Positions 1 to 10,107 of a stretch of 64,000 nt of DNA are shown piece after piece. Source of the stretch: Candidatus Thioglobus sp. Its GTDB lineage: Bacteria; Pseudomonadota; Gammaproteobacteria; Arenicellales; UBA868. Positions within the stretch are counted from its first letter, which is position 1; every line of letters begins with the position of its first letter. The DNA lies in the NCBI GenBank assembly GCA_004212795.1, contig SHBR01000001.1, positions 11,324 to 75,323 on the forward strand, read 5' to 3'. Position numbers and translations under genes: made by a program. The notes beneath the pieces were generated by a model, which saw nothing but the letters and a program-made list of their open reading frames with translations, did no database searches and was not told the DNA's origin.

Positions 1-826
1 GATCGTCGAAGAAAATATCGGCGCCAAACGTTTCCAAAAATTCGCCTTTATCGAGACCCCCTAAAAACACGGCTTCATCGATGCGAATATTCCAGGCTCG
101 CAGGGTCCTTATCACCCGCTCATGGGCAGGCGCACTCCGGGCGGTAAACAACGCCGTGCGAATGGGCGCCTCGTCTCTTGGCCAACCCACCTGAAGTTCG
201 TGCAATGACTGCAAGAGCTTGCGAAAGGGGCCATCGGTCATTGGCGTTGTCGCCATCTTTTTTTCAGCCGCTGCAAAAGCGGCAAGGCCTTCGGTTTGAT
301 AGACCCGCTCTGAATCATCCGCGAAGATCACCGCATCGCCATCAAAGGCGATTCGAAGTTGTCCCTCGCGCTGCATATGCTTGCGAGAGGGCAGGATCGT
401 CGCCGCAGCCACCTTGGACTGAAGCGCCTGACGTACGTTTGCAGGATCCGCCGACAAATAAAGATCGGCGCTAAACGGGGTCACATAACGAAAAGGGCTT
501 TCGCCCCCTGAAAACGCGGCACGGGTAATATCCAGATCATAGTGCGCGATCGAATTAAAAATCCGAAGACCCGAGTCAGCCGTGTTTCTGGAGATCAACA
601 CGACCTCCACACGGCGCCGGTCGCTGTCCGAGTCATTAAGGGAGAGCAGTTTTTTAACCAGCGGAAAAGCAACTCCCGGTTCAAGTCGCTCATCTTCGCG
701 TTCAATCTGGTAGGCGCAATAAGCATCCACACCCTCATTCACATAGACGTCATGTCCCGACTCGAGATCAAAAAGCGCTCGTGAGGAAATAGCAACGATT
801 AACGGGGTGTGCAAATTGGCGGCCAT
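1..826 (-). CDS. 5'-nucleotidase (cN-I-like, PF06189-type), 3'-truncated by window edge
   Basis: Not in ORF track. Manual translation from ATG at 826 gives MAANLHTPLIVAISSRALFDL; the same frame at the window edge reads TARSAPAHERVIRTLRAWNIRIDEAVFLGGLDKGEFLETFGADIFFDD. Both are signature segments of this family. Confidence 0.88.
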   Translation of the reverse strand, partial: MAANLHTPLIVAISSRALFDLESGHDVYVNEGVDAYCAYQIEREDERLEPGVAFPLVKKLLSLNDSDSDRRRVEVVLISRNTADSGLRIFNSIAHYDLDITRAAFSGGESPFRYVTPFSADLYLSADPANVRQALQSKVAAATILPSRKHMQREGQLRIAFDGDAVIFADDSERVYQTEGLAAFAAAEKKMATTPMTDGPFRKLLQSLHELQVGWPRDEAPIRTALFTARSAPAHERVIRTLRAWNIRIDEAVFLGGLDKGEFLETFGADIFFDD

Positions 827-835
827 ACCGAAAGT

Positions 836-2341
836 CTAGCACTCAGGCTTTGCTTGCCCCCATAAGTGATGCCGCAGGATCCCGATCGCCAGCAAAAACA
901 GACAGATGAGGATCACCGGATAATTGCCGAGCGCCACAAATGGGGTCGTCCCGGTCATGGGTTGTACCCGGCCGCGAAGAATCACAGCCCTGAACTGCGG
1001 GGCGACCTTATCGACACTGCCGTCATGCGAAATAATGGCCGACAAACCACTGTTACTCGCGCGAATCATCGGGCGGCCGGTCTCCAACGCTCTCGCGCGG
1101 GCCATCTGCAGTCGTTGATGCGGTGCGAGTGAATCACCAAACCAAGCGTCCTCACTTAAGTTGACCAACACCCTTGAATGCAACGCGGACGCGTTGATCA
1201 CCGTCGTAAAGGCGTCTTCATAGCAGATGCTGACCCCAATCTGAGTCCCTGCAAGATCCATTGGCTCCTGATTTAACGGTCCCGAAGAAAAATCCGACAT
1301 GGGGATTTGGAGATATTCCAACAGCCAGGACAGTAAAGATGCGAAGGGTAAATACTCGCCAAACGGGACCAGCTGATGTTTTCGGTAAACCGCATTTTCA
1401 GTGCCAACGCCTAATGCGACGTTGTAATAGGGTGAACCCCTCTCGACACGCTCACGTTCCAGCAAGCCAATCAGGTAATCCGCATCATGCTGCTTGAGTT
1501 GATTGGAAAACACCGGGTCAATTTCATCCCGATAAAAAGGAAGTGCCGCTTCGGGCCAGACAATAAGATCGACCTCGTTCAGCGCGAGACTCTGTTGCAG
1601 AAAACGATTCGCAATCATAGATGACTGCTCTGGATTCCACTTGTCTTTAAGGGAGATATTGTTCTGAATCACAGCGACCTGGACAGGATTCCCGTCAGGC
1701 ATGACGTCGCGTGGCATCTTCGCAATTAAGATCAGCCCAAAAAGCACTAACAACGCAATCGCTGAAAACACGCGCGGTATGCTGCGAGAAAAAAACAAGG
1801 CAAGCGCCAGGCCGGTCGCCAGCGTTACCCACAAACCGACACCCAGTGTGCCCGTCAACGGCAGTAAAAGAGCAAGCGGGGTATCGACCTGGCTGTAACC
1901 CAGATACAGCCATGGAAATCCGCTAAGCAAGATGCCTCTCAGCCATTCCCCCAATATCCATAACGGCGGCATAAAGAATACCCAGCGCCATGTGGTGATC
2001 GATCCTGAAAGTTTTGCCTGCGCCCAACCCACCAACGCGGGATAAAGCGCCATGATGGCCCCAAACATAGCCACTGAAATACCGGCCAATACCGGTGGCA
2101 TGTTGCCAAACGTATTGAGACTGACATAAATCCACGAAACACCTACTGCAAAACTCGCCATTCCAAAGGCGAAACCGCACCAAGCGGCCTGTGTTGGGTT
2201 TGAGCTTCGCCAGATAAAGAAAAGAATGCCAAGGGCAACCGGAGCGACGCCGAATAAATCAAATGGCGAGAACGCCAACGGGTAGATCAAGCCAGCGAGC
2301 GCGGCGCCGGTGATCTTCAGTCTGGCGCTGATGGCACGCAT
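836..2341 (-). CDS. lnt: apolipoprotein N-acyltransferase
   Basis: Multi-TM N-terminus, GFPW, nitrilase-fold WPE / K..LVPFGEY / ICYE motifs; follows corC. Confidence 0.97.
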   Translation of the reverse strand: MRAISARLKITGAALAGLIYPLAFSPFDLFGVAPVALGILFFIWRSSNPTQAAWCGFAFGMASFAVGVSWIYVSLNTFGNMPPVLAGISVAMFGAIMALYPALVGWAQAKLSGSITTWRWVFFMPPLWILGEWLRGILLSGFPWLYLGYSQVDTPLALLLPLTGTLGVGLWVTLATGLALALFFSRSIPRVFSAIALLVLFGLILIAKMPRDVMPDGNPVQVAVIQNNISLKDKWNPEQSSMIANRFLQQSLALNEVDLIVWPEAALPFYRDEIDPVFSNQLKQHDADYLIGLLERERVERGSPYYNVALGVGTENAVYRKHQLVPFGEYLPFASLLSWLLEYLQIPMSDFSSGPLNQEPMDLAGTQIGVSICYEDAFTTVINASALHSRVLVNLSEDAWFGDSLAPHQRLQMARARALETGRPMIRASNSGLSAIISHDGSVDKVAPQFRAVILRGRVQPMTGTTPFVALGNYPVILICLFLLAIGILRHHLWGQAKPEC

Positions 2342-2357
2342 ACGAAACGCCCGGCAG

Positions 2358-3206
2358 TTATTCGCTTGGGGTTTGCCGGGTGATGCGCAAAAGCCGAGGT
2401 CTGCGACTGTCAGCTCGCAGCACTTCAGCTACAAACTCACCGAACTCTATTGTTTCGCCTCGTCTTGGCACATGACCAAACGCTGAAGTGACCAAGCCCC
2501 CCATCGTGTCGAATTCAAGGGGATCAAGATCAACATCAAAGAGTTGATTGAAACTCTCGACCGGAAGCATCGCTTTCACAACACAAAAATCGGATCCATG
2601 GCGCAATACCATTCCGGCCGCCCCATCGATATCATGCTCATCCTCGATATTGCCCACGATTTGCTCGAGCACATCCTCAATCGTGATCAAGCCAACCACG
2701 CTGCCGTATTCGTTCACCACGATCGCCATATGGTTGCGGCTATCCCTGAATTCCTGCAGCAACACATTGAGCCGTTTGCTCTCTGGAATAAAAACCGCGG
2801 GCCGCAAGAGCGTTGCCCAGGGACGCGTGTCGTTATTGTCAGACTCGGGCTGACGAAGCAAATCTTTGGCGAGCAAAATGCCCACCACGGCGTCTTTATC
2901 GCCATCGGTCACTGGAAATCTGGAATGGGCAGATTCAGTGATAACCGGCAGCAGTTCCGATAAATTCTGATTGACATCAACCGTGATCATCTGGCCTCTC
3001 GACACCATCACTTGCTCGACCTGCAGGTCTGACACTTCCACCACACGCTCCATCATTTGTAGCGTATCGTCATCCACTAATTCGGCAGCTCTCGCCTCGC
3101 GCATTAAGCCAAACAATTGATCACGGGTTTTGGGCAGACGGGTAATCAGGTACGCGAGCTTCTGACTCCAGGTCAATCCGGCAGACGATGATGGCGCTTT
3201 TTCCAT
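2358..3206 (-). CDS. corC: CBS/CorC_HlyC domain Mg2+/Co2+ efflux-associated protein (YbeX)
   Basis: HSRFPV, tandem CBS domains, GLITIEDVLEQIVG; conserved position between ybeY and lnt. Confidence 0.93.
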   Translation of the reverse strand: MEKAPSSSAGLTWSQKLAYLITRLPKTRDQLFGLMREARAAELVDDDTLQMMERVVEVSDLQVEQVMVSRGQMITVDVNQNLSELLPVITESAHSRFPVTDGDKDAVVGILLAKDLLRQPESDNNDTRPWATLLRPAVFIPESKRLNVLLQEFRDSRNHMAIVVNEYGSVVGLITIEDVLEQIVGNIEDEHDIDGAAGMVLRHGSDFCVVKAMLPVESFNQLFDVDLDPLEFDTMGGLVTSAFGHVPRRGETIEFGEFVAEVLRADSRRPRLLRITRQTPSE

Positions 3207-3212
3207 AAGTAG

Positions 3213-3680
3213 CTAGGCTGTTTCCAGAAGATAGGGATTCGTGATGCCAAGGCCGGCCAGGATTTTTATCTCCAGCGACTCCATTTCTTGTGCCGCACGC
3301 TCGTCGGTGTGGTCATAACCCTGCAAGTGCAAAACACCATGGACAATAAGATGGGCGCAATGCGCCGCTTCGGTTTTTCCTTGATCGTTCGCCTCGCTCG
3401 CCACCAGTGGTGCGCACACCACAATATCGCCCATTTCATGCTCAACCTCGGGCACGCCGTCGGGCGCCTCAAAAGGAAACGACAGGACGTTAGTCGGGCC
3501 CGATCGACCCCTAAATTGCTGATTTAAAGACGACATCTCGGATTCGCCGACAAATCGAATGGTGAGCGCAGCACGATCGGTCTGGGCAGACGCAAGCGCC
3601 GCATCAATCCAGCACTCAATCTGCTCATCAGAGGGTGTCTGTTCTCGATCCACTGCTCGTTGTACATCGGTCGACACCAT
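3213..3680 (-). CDS. ybeY: rRNA maturation endoribonuclease YbeY
   Basis: TNVLSFP and HGVLHLQGYDH metal-binding motif. Confidence 0.97.
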   Translation of the reverse strand: MVSTDVQRAVDREQTPSDEQIECWIDAALASAQTDRAALTIRFVGESEMSSLNQQFRGRSGPTNVLSFPFEAPDGVPEVEHEMGDIVVCAPLVASEANDQGKTEAAHCAHLIVHGVLHLQGYDHTDERAAQEMESLEIKILAGLGITNPYLLETA

Positions 3681-3685
3681 GTCAG

Positions 3686-4648
3686 TTACCGGCCTTCGCC
3701 TTCATAGGCAGCAATGACCCGTTGAACCAGCGGATGCCGAACGACATCTTGGGCGCTAAACCGCGTCAGGCTAATGCCATCAATTGAATTTAATAAAGAG
3801 ACGGCGTGGACAAGTCCGGATTTGGTGCCTCCGGGGAGATCCACCTGTGAGGGATCACCCGTAATCACCGCGCATGAGCCGAAACCAATACGCGTTAAAA
3901 ACATCTTCATCTGAGCTTCGGTTGTATTCTGGGCTTCATCAAGAATGACGAAAGCATTAGCCAAAGTCCGCCCACGCATATAGGCGAGCGGCGCTAATTC
4001 AATAACGCGCCGCTCAATCAGTCGACCGACACGCTCTGCACCCAACATCTCGTAGAGCGCATCGTATAAAGGGCGAAGATAGGGATCGACTTTTTGACCA
4101 ATATCTCCCGGCAAAAATCCCAGTCGCTCGCCAGCTTCGACAGCAGGTCGAACCAGGATGATCCGTTCAATCCTTTCTTCGGCTAGTGCTTGCACCGCAC
4201 ATGCGACTGCGAGATAGGTCTTGCCCGTTCCTGCCGGACCAACACCGAAATTGATATCGTTATCAAGAATATTTCGAAGATAAAGCTTCTGATTCTCGCC
4301 CTTGCCCCGAATCAAAGACTTTCTGGCGCGAATAACCACATCTTCTGATGACACTCTGCCTTTCGCCGTGTCATGGGGAATCTGACTGATTGCCATATAA
4401 ACCTGATCAGGGCCGAGAGTGACCTCTTTCCCCGTGTCTTCGTAAAGCGCCGTCAGGACGTCCCGAGCATTTTGTACGCCCTTACTGCCCCCATCCACGC
4501 AGAACAAATGCCCACGATGAGAGATGCGGACGCCAAAACCTTCCTCCACTTGCTTGAGGTGAGCATTATGCTCGCCACACAAGTCGGCCAGGCGCTGATT
4601 GTCCTCAGGATCGAGAAGAAAAGTGACAGGGTGGGTGGGTGCGTTCAA
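3686..4648 (-). CDS. ybeZ: PhoH-like ATPase (YbeZ)
   Basis: [36 protein letters not shown]; TTG start overlapping the miaB stop (TTGA). Confidence 0.95.
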   Translation of the reverse strand: MNAPTHPVTFLLDPEDNQRLADLCGEHNAHLKQVEEGFGVRISHRGHLFCVDGGSKGVQNARDVLTALYEDTGKEVTLGPDQVYMAISQIPHDTAKGRVSSEDVVIRARKSLIRGKGENQKLYLRNILDNDINFGVGPAGTGKTYLAVACAVQALAEERIERIILVRPAVEAGERLGFLPGDIGQKVDPYLRPLYDALYEMLGAERVGRLIERRVIELAPLAYMRGRTLANAFVILDEAQNTTEAQMKMFLTRIGFGSCAVITGDPSQVDLPGGTKSGLVHAVSLLNSIDGISLTRFSAQDVVRHPLVQRVIAAYEGEGR

Positions 4649-6030
4649 TCCGGTGATAGTGCTCCAGGTGAAGCTGTGTTGATCATAACAGAACTTAACG
4701 GATTTTCCGCAATCGACTCGCCTCTCAGCGAATTAGGCAGGGCCTCTGTAATTCTAAGATCAATGAATTCTCCAATTTGACCTTGGTTGTCGGTGAAATT
4801 AACCACCCGATTATTCTCCGTTCGCCCACTCAACTGACTCGCGTTTTTTCGCGAGATACTGTCAATCAGTACGCGCTGGCGTGTCCCCACCATCCGCGTA
4901 CTAATTTCGGCTGCCTGGCGATTAACCAACGCCTGTAATCGTGCCAGACGGTCCCGCTTTTCGTCGAGGGTGACATCGTCCGGCAACGTTGCGGCAGGCG
5001 TGCCCGGTCGGGCGCTGTAGATAAAGCTAAAAGAATGATCAAAGCCAACTCGCTCAATTAATTCGAGCGTTTGCTTAAAGTCGTTCTCACTCTCCCCCGG
5101 AAACCCAACAATAAAATCTGAAGATAGGCTGAGATCAGGTCTTGCCCAATAAAGGCCTTCAATAATTTTTTCGTATGCTTCAATCTTATAGCGACGTTTC
5201 ATATTGACGAGAACGCGGTCGGAACCGCTTTGCACCGGCAGATGCAGATGACTCACGAGCTCCGGAATGTGCCGATAAGCGTCGATGAGTCGATCGCTAA
5301 AATCAATAGGATGTGACGTGGTGTACCGGAGTCGGTCGATGCCATCAATCTCGGCCGCATACGCAAGCAATTCTGCAAAATCGATAGTGCCGCCCGAATG
5401 ATGGGCGCCCTGATACGCATTAACGTTTTGTCCCAGGAGCGTCACTTCCCGAACCCCTTGCTCCGCGAGTTCATAAATCTCAGTGATCACTTCATCAAAA
5501 GGTCGACTGAACTCTTCGCCGCGCGTGTACGGCACCACACAGAAAGAGCAATACTTGCTACATCCTTCCATCACCGACACGTACGCCCGTGGTCCCTCAC
5601 TGCGAGGCGGCACCAGCTCATCGAATTTCTCAATCTCGGGAAAACTGATATCGACTTTAGGGCGCCGCTCACTTTTCAGCGAATCAAGCATTACCGGAAG
5701 TCGATGGTAGGTTTGAGGTCCAAACACAAGATCCACATAAGGAGCGCGGCGAAGGATGAGCTCACCTTCCTGACTGGCAACACATCCGCCAACACCAATC
5801 ACCAGATCCGGTCGGGATTTTTTCCACTCCCGCCAACGCCCGAGCTGGGAGAATACTTTTTCTTGCGCCTTCTCACGCACCGAGCAGGTATTCAGAAGCA
5901 GCATATCGGCCTGATCCGGTTCTTCGGTCAACACCATGCCATGCGAGGCCGCCATCAGGTCCGCGATTCGACTCGAGTCATAATCGTTCATCTGGCAACC
6001 ATAGGTTTTAATAAATAGCTTTTTAGTCAT
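4645..6030 (-). CDS. miaB: tRNA-2-methylthio-N6-dimethylallyladenosine synthase
   Basis: [16 protein letters not shown], radical-SAM CSKYCSFC, C-terminal TRAM region [11 protein letters not shown]. Confidence 0.98.
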   Translation of the reverse strand: MTKKLFIKTYGCQMNDYDSSRIADLMAASHGMVLTEEPDQADMLLLNTCSVREKAQEKVFSQLGRWREWKKSRPDLVIGVGGCVASQEGELILRRAPYVDLVFGPQTYHRLPVMLDSLKSERRPKVDISFPEIEKFDELVPPRSEGPRAYVSVMEGCSKYCSFCVVPYTRGEEFSRPFDEVITEIYELAEQGVREVTLLGQNVNAYQGAHHSGGTIDFAELLAYAAEIDGIDRLRYTTSHPIDFSDRLIDAYRHIPELVSHLHLPVQSGSDRVLVNMKRRYKIEAYEKIIEGLYWARPDLSLSSDFIVGFPGESENDFKQTLELIERVGFDHSFSFIYSARPGTPAATLPDDVTLDEKRDRLARLQALVNRQAAEISTRMVGTRQRVLIDSISRKNASQLSGRTENNRVVNFTDNQGQIGEFIDLRITEALPNSLRGESIAENPLSSVMINTASPGALSPD

Positions 6031-6103
6031 GATGGATCCGAATTCAACATCGGGATTAAATATCTCATATTGCTGAATATTAAACGCAAATTAAGCATTT
6101 TCC

Positions 6104-6589
6104 TCAGGCCGGTAAAAGTCTTGCGTCCGCAACCCAGCGAGGGTTCTCGTTTTGATCGTCGGCTCGGTGCGCCTCAAAATGCGCCCGGACAAATTCGGGA
6201 ATCGAAGTTGGGCGACCTGTTTTTCGCTCAATAAAAACATGAACAAAAAATCCGGTCGCAAATGACGCCGGCTCATCGGGTACAAAAACAGCGACCTCAT
6301 ACTTAACGCTGCTGTTTCCCAGGTGCGCGATACGAATGCCCACCTCAATGGATCCGCCGGCCGGGACCGGGCGCAAGAATCGACAGCCGTTCTCCGCCGC
6401 TAGCGGGAAAACCGGATCATGAAGCCAATCGAGCCCGGTTTCTTGAAGTAGCGTTAAGATAGCGGTCTCGTAATAGCGGTAATACTCAACGTTATTAACA
6501 TGTCCTAGCATGTCATAGTCGTTCCAGCGCGTCATAATACGCACGAGAACGGCGTATTGTTCACGAGTCAAACATCTTAAATCCGCCAA
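6104..6589 (-). CDS. 4HBT/YbgC-like acyl-CoA thioesterase (hot-dog fold)
   Basis: RWNDYDMLGHVNNVEYYRYYE motif; TTG start. Confidence 0.85.
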   Translation of the reverse strand: MADLRCLTREQYAVLVRIMTRWNDYDMLGHVNNVEYYRYYETAILTLLQETGLDWLHDPVFPLAAENGCRFLRPVPAGGSIEVGIRIAHLGNSSVKYEVAVFVPDEPASFATGFFVHVFIERKTGRPTSIPEFVRAHFEAHRADDQNENPRWVADARLLPA

Positions 6590-6606
6590 AGGTTACTCTC
6601 CATCTG

Positions 6607-7146
6607 ATGCCTAGCCCAATCGGTCATACTCTTCTCGCGTTTTCGGTCACCGGCTTCCAAAACAAAACGTCTCTATCAATGACCGGATGGTATCTGCTTA
6701 TTTTGATTGCGGGTGTGGCACCCGATTTCGATTTTTTACCCGGCATTTTGATCGGTGATCCCAACCGCTTTCATCACGGTCCGACTCATTCCATCCTGGC
6801 GGGTGTCCTTTTTACGGGTTTCATTTACTTCATGATTAAACCGCTGAATCTGAGAGCCGCCTTTTTGATTTTTTTGGTGTATGTGACACATGTGGTTGCG
6901 GACGGTCTCAGCGCTGATTCCGGCGCACCTTACGGGGTTCCATTATTCTGGCCGTTCAGCCCGGACTACCTGATATCACCGATACCGGTATTCCGTAATT
7001 TCATTCATGGCGGCGCAGGCGGAGGATTCGATCATTTTTTGGGGGATGTTTTTTCGATCCACAATTTGTGGGCAATTGCGATAGAAATTCTTGTGCTTGG
7101 CCCTATTTTATGGATATCTCATCGCGTACGACAGCGAAAAGTATAG
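6607..7146 (+). CDS. YdjM-like membrane-bound metal-dependent hydrolase
   Basis: MPSPIGH, PDFDF, HHGPTHS, HVVAD, G.PLFWPFS motifs. Confidence 0.8.
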   Translation: MPSPIGHTLLAFSVTGFQNKTSLSMTGWYLLILIAGVAPDFDFLPGILIGDPNRFHHGPTHSILAGVLFTGFIYFMIKPLNLRAAFLIFLVYVTHVVADGLSADSGAPYGVPLFWPFSPDYLISPIPVFRNFIHGGAGGGFDHFLGDVFSIHNLWAIAIEILVLGPILWISHRVRQRKV

Positions 7147-7160
7147 ATAACGCCAACCGG

Positions 7161-7484
7161 TCAATCCCAACGATCGTCGCGTACCCAAACCACGCCATCT
7201 TCGAGCTTGACGGGAAAACGGTGCAGGCCCTCATAAGCTGGCGGTGCAAGCACGTCACCCGTCTTTAAACAAAACTTGGCACCGTGCCGTGGGCACTCAA
7301 TTGCGCCATCGACAATACAGCCGCTCGAGATTTCACCGCCGTCATGAGTGCAAAGATCCTCAAGCGCCACAACGTCATCATCGCTGATTCGAGCAACCAT
7401 AATATGCTCATCGCCGAGCTCAACCGCTAAAGGTGAGTCTTTTGCAAGGGCGTCGAGACGACTCACACTGATCCAGTCAGACAT
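7161..7484 (-). CDS. Rieske-type [2Fe-2S] ferredoxin (SUF-associated)
   Basis: CTHD...ECPRHGAKF; ATG at 7484 overlaps the sufT stop (TGATG). Confidence 0.92.
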   Translation of the reverse strand: MSDWISVSRLDALAKDSPLAVELGDEHIMVARISDDDVVALEDLCTHDGGEISSGCIVDGAIECPRHGAKFCLKTGDVLAPPAYEGLHRFPVKLEDGVVWVRDDRWD

Positions 7485-7909
7485 CAAAAAATACCCAACT
7501 CCAGGCGTGCCGCTTCACTCATCACTTCAGGGCCCCACGTGGGCTCCCAAACTAATTCGACGACAACATCGGCCACACCGTCAACGCCACGCGCTGCCAT
7601 TTCAACCTCTCCCGGCAACGAACCCGCAACAGGGCACATCGGAGAAGTAAGTGTCATGTCGATCGCCACTTGATTTTGATCGTTGATATCAATTTTGTAG
7701 ATCAGGCCCAGATCGTAAATATTCAGCGGAATTTCAGGATCGAAAACCTCTCTGACGCCTCCCACAACACGATCAAGAAGTGTGTCGTCAGCTGCTGCTG
7801 ACAGCAAGCTGACATTTGGCGGAGCAGAGGGGTCTCCTCCTGGCGCTACTGCGTCCTGCGCTTCGTTCGCTGCCAGAAACTCGTCTTTGGGGTCTCGATC
7901 GCTGTTCAT
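7484..7909 (-). CDS. sufT: SufT/DUF59 Fe-S assembly protein
   Basis: DPEIPLNIYDLGLIY, MTLTSPMCPVAG, WEPTW...MSEAARLELG. Confidence 0.9.
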   Translation of the reverse strand: MNSDRDPKDEFLAANEAQDAVAPGGDPSAPPNVSLLSAAADDTLLDRVVGGVREVFDPEIPLNIYDLGLIYKIDINDQNQVAIDMTLTSPMCPVAGSLPGEVEMAARGVDGVADVVVELVWEPTWGPEVMSEAARLELGIF

Positions 7910-7967
7910 CGGTGCCTAATCATTGAAATGTAAAAAGTTAAATGGGTTAAGACGCGCCACTCGCGCT

Positions 7968-9287
7968 TCATGCGTTCGACAGTCGATCAAAAGCCAGGGA
8001 CTGAAGATATTGTCGAAGGGGGACCGACTCTACGCGATCCAGAACGTCGGCAGCAAAAGCTTGTGTCAGCATTCTACGTGCAGTCTCCCGCTTTACGCCT
8101 CGCGAAACGAGATAAAAAAGCGCCAAGTCATCGAGTTGACCGACCGTCGCGCCATGCGCACATTTCACATCATCCGCATAAATTTCAAGCTGGGGCTTCG
8201 TATCAATTTCTGCTTCTTCAGAGAGCAGTAGATTTTGATTGCTTTGCTCAGAATCTGTTTTCTGGGCGTCTTGCTTCACGACGATACGACCATGAAATAC
8301 CGCGCGGCCTCTGTCACCCAACACGCCCTTGTAGGTTTCACGGCTGACGCAATCGGCGCGGTTGTGCGAGATATGCGTGTGGTTATCAACATGACTACGG
8401 CCGAACACTAGATAACAACCATCCAGATGAACCGTGCTATTTTCGCCATTTAGATTAATTCGGGCATCATTTCTGACTAGCGCACCACTGGTTGAAACAG
8501 TCGTCGCGCGCAGGGTTGCAGATTCTGCAAGACCCGCGAAAAGACCACCCACATGAAAGCTGCGATCACTTTGAGATTGCAGCGAACAATAATCAAGGAC
8601 AGCGCCTTTCCCGAGATCAATCTCGACCAATGAATTATTGAGACTGCGAACTTCTTTGAGCGAGCAATGGCGTTCGATAATCGTTGCTTGGCTGCCCTCA
8701 CCCATCAACACAAGAGTGCGAGGCATACTGACGAGTCCCTCGTCACCACATCCGGACACGAACAGAAGTTCAATCGGTCGCTCGAGATGTTGATGCGCCT
8801 CTATCTCCACAACCGCGCCATCTGCTACGAACGCTGAATTCATCGCTGCAAATCCATGCGGCGGATCGCCCAGCATTTGCCCCAATTTGGGCAACACAGA
8901 TGTCGCATCTTCTGACAACACCTGTGCCAGGCTTCGAAGACGCACATGAGTTGGCAAGGCTTCAAGGTCAGATAACGCTGCGGACAAAAACCCATCAACA
9001 AAAACCATGCGGTAGGGATTGAGCCCTTCGATAACAGACTGAGTAATGAAGTCCGAAGGACAGGTAGCGCCGGCGGATGCAGGCTTAAACGCTGCGCGAG
9101 TGATCGACCGCGTAGAAGTGTATTTCCAATCCTCGTCTTGCTGAGAGGGTAATCCCTGGCGAGAAAGCTGTTCGAGTGCGGCCGCTCGACCAGCGTCGAG
9201 TTCGGCTAGGCCATACCCCGGCAGTTGTGCCGCGGTATCCTGCTGCGCCGCCACATAAGCGGCGGCATTTTCCACAACTGAACTCAT
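7968..9287 (-). CDS. sufD: Fe-S cluster assembly protein SufD
   Basis: EDWKYT, KPQLEIYADDVKCAHGAT; probable ATG at 9287 overlapping the sufC stop (TAATG). Confidence 0.95.
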   Translation of the reverse strand: MSSVVENAAAYVAAQQDTAAQLPGYGLAELDAGRAAALEQLSRQGLPSQQDEDWKYTSTRSITRAAFKPASAGATCPSDFITQSVIEGLNPYRMVFVDGFLSAALSDLEALPTHVRLRSLAQVLSEDATSVLPKLGQMLGDPPHGFAAMNSAFVADGAVVEIEAHQHLERPIELLFVSGCGDEGLVSMPRTLVLMGEGSQATIIERHCSLKEVRSLNNSLVEIDLGKGAVLDYCSLQSQSDRSFHVGGLFAGLAESATLRATTVSTSGALVRNDARINLNGENSTVHLDGCYLVFGRSHVDNHTHISHNRADCVSRETYKGVLGDRGRAVFHGRIVVKQDAQKTDSEQSNQNLLLSEEAEIDTKPQLEIYADDVKCAHGATVGQLDDLALFYLVSRGVKRETARRMLTQAFAADVLDRVESVPLRQYLQSLAFDRLSNA

Positions 9288-10045
9288 TAGGCGGCCGCTC
9301 CTGCAGATTCCTCGATCCAACCATAGCCCTCGGCTTCCAGCTTGAGCGCTAAATCTTTATCTCCGGACTGCACAATGCGGCCCTCTGCGAGCACGTGGAC
9401 ATAATCCGGAACAATATAATCGAGGAGACGCTGATAATGAGTAACCAGAATGACCGACCGATCCTGAGACCGAAGCGAATTCACCCCGCCCGCCACGATT
9501 TTTAGCGCATCGATATCCAAGCCTGAATCAGTTTCATCCAAGAGCGACAAGCTAGGCTCTAGCATTGCCATCTGAAATATTTCGTTGCGCTTTTTCTCTC
9601 CGCCTGAAAAACCTTCATTAACCGATCGGTAAAGAAATTCTTCTTTCATTTCCACCAGTTTAATTTTTTCCCGGACAAGTTTTAAAAAATCGAGCGCATC
9701 CAACTCCGGCTCGCCGCGATAACGACGCGCTGCATTCAGACCCTCTTTTAACAGCGCGATATTGGCCACACCAGGAATCTCGACGGGATACTGAAAAGCC
9801 AAAAAAACGCCTTCATGGGCCCGCACTTCCGGATCGAGATCCAATAGATCCTTACCTTTGAATTCAACGGTACCGCCCAGCACCTCGTAGCCGTCTCGTC
9901 CCGCAACCACATTGGCAAGCGTACTTTTACCTGATCCATTTGGGCCCATAATCGCGTGCACCTCACCGGTGCCCACCTCAAGGCTCAAGCCATTGAGAAT
10001 GGTTTTTCCATCCACCGCCACGCGTAAATCACTAATCTTCAACAT
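9287..10045 (-). CDS. sufC: Fe-S cluster assembly ATPase SufC
   Basis: MGPNGSGKST, FQYPVEIPGV, GFSGGEKKRNE, DETDSGLDID; start taken at MLKISDL (10045). Confidence 0.97.
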   Translation of the reverse strand: MLKISDLRVAVDGKTILNGLSLEVGTGEVHAIMGPNGSGKSTLANVVAGRDGYEVLGGTVEFKGKDLLDLDPEVRAHEGVFLAFQYPVEIPGVANIALLKEGLNAARRYRGEPELDALDFLKLVREKIKLVEMKEEFLYRSVNEGFSGGEKKRNEIFQMAMLEPSLSLLDETDSGLDIDALKIVAGGVNSLRSQDRSVILVTHYQRLLDYIVPDYVHVLAEGRIVQSGDKDLALKLEAEGYGWIEESAGAAA

Positions 10046-10107
10046 ATTTTTTAACAACCTTTTGTTTTGAGAATTGCAGTCTGGCAACCCGATACTGGCC
10101 CGAACCT

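Noticed and set aside
178-784. Plus-strand ORFs 178-474 and 542-784
   Set aside because: Antisense to the 5'-nucleotidase on the minus strand.
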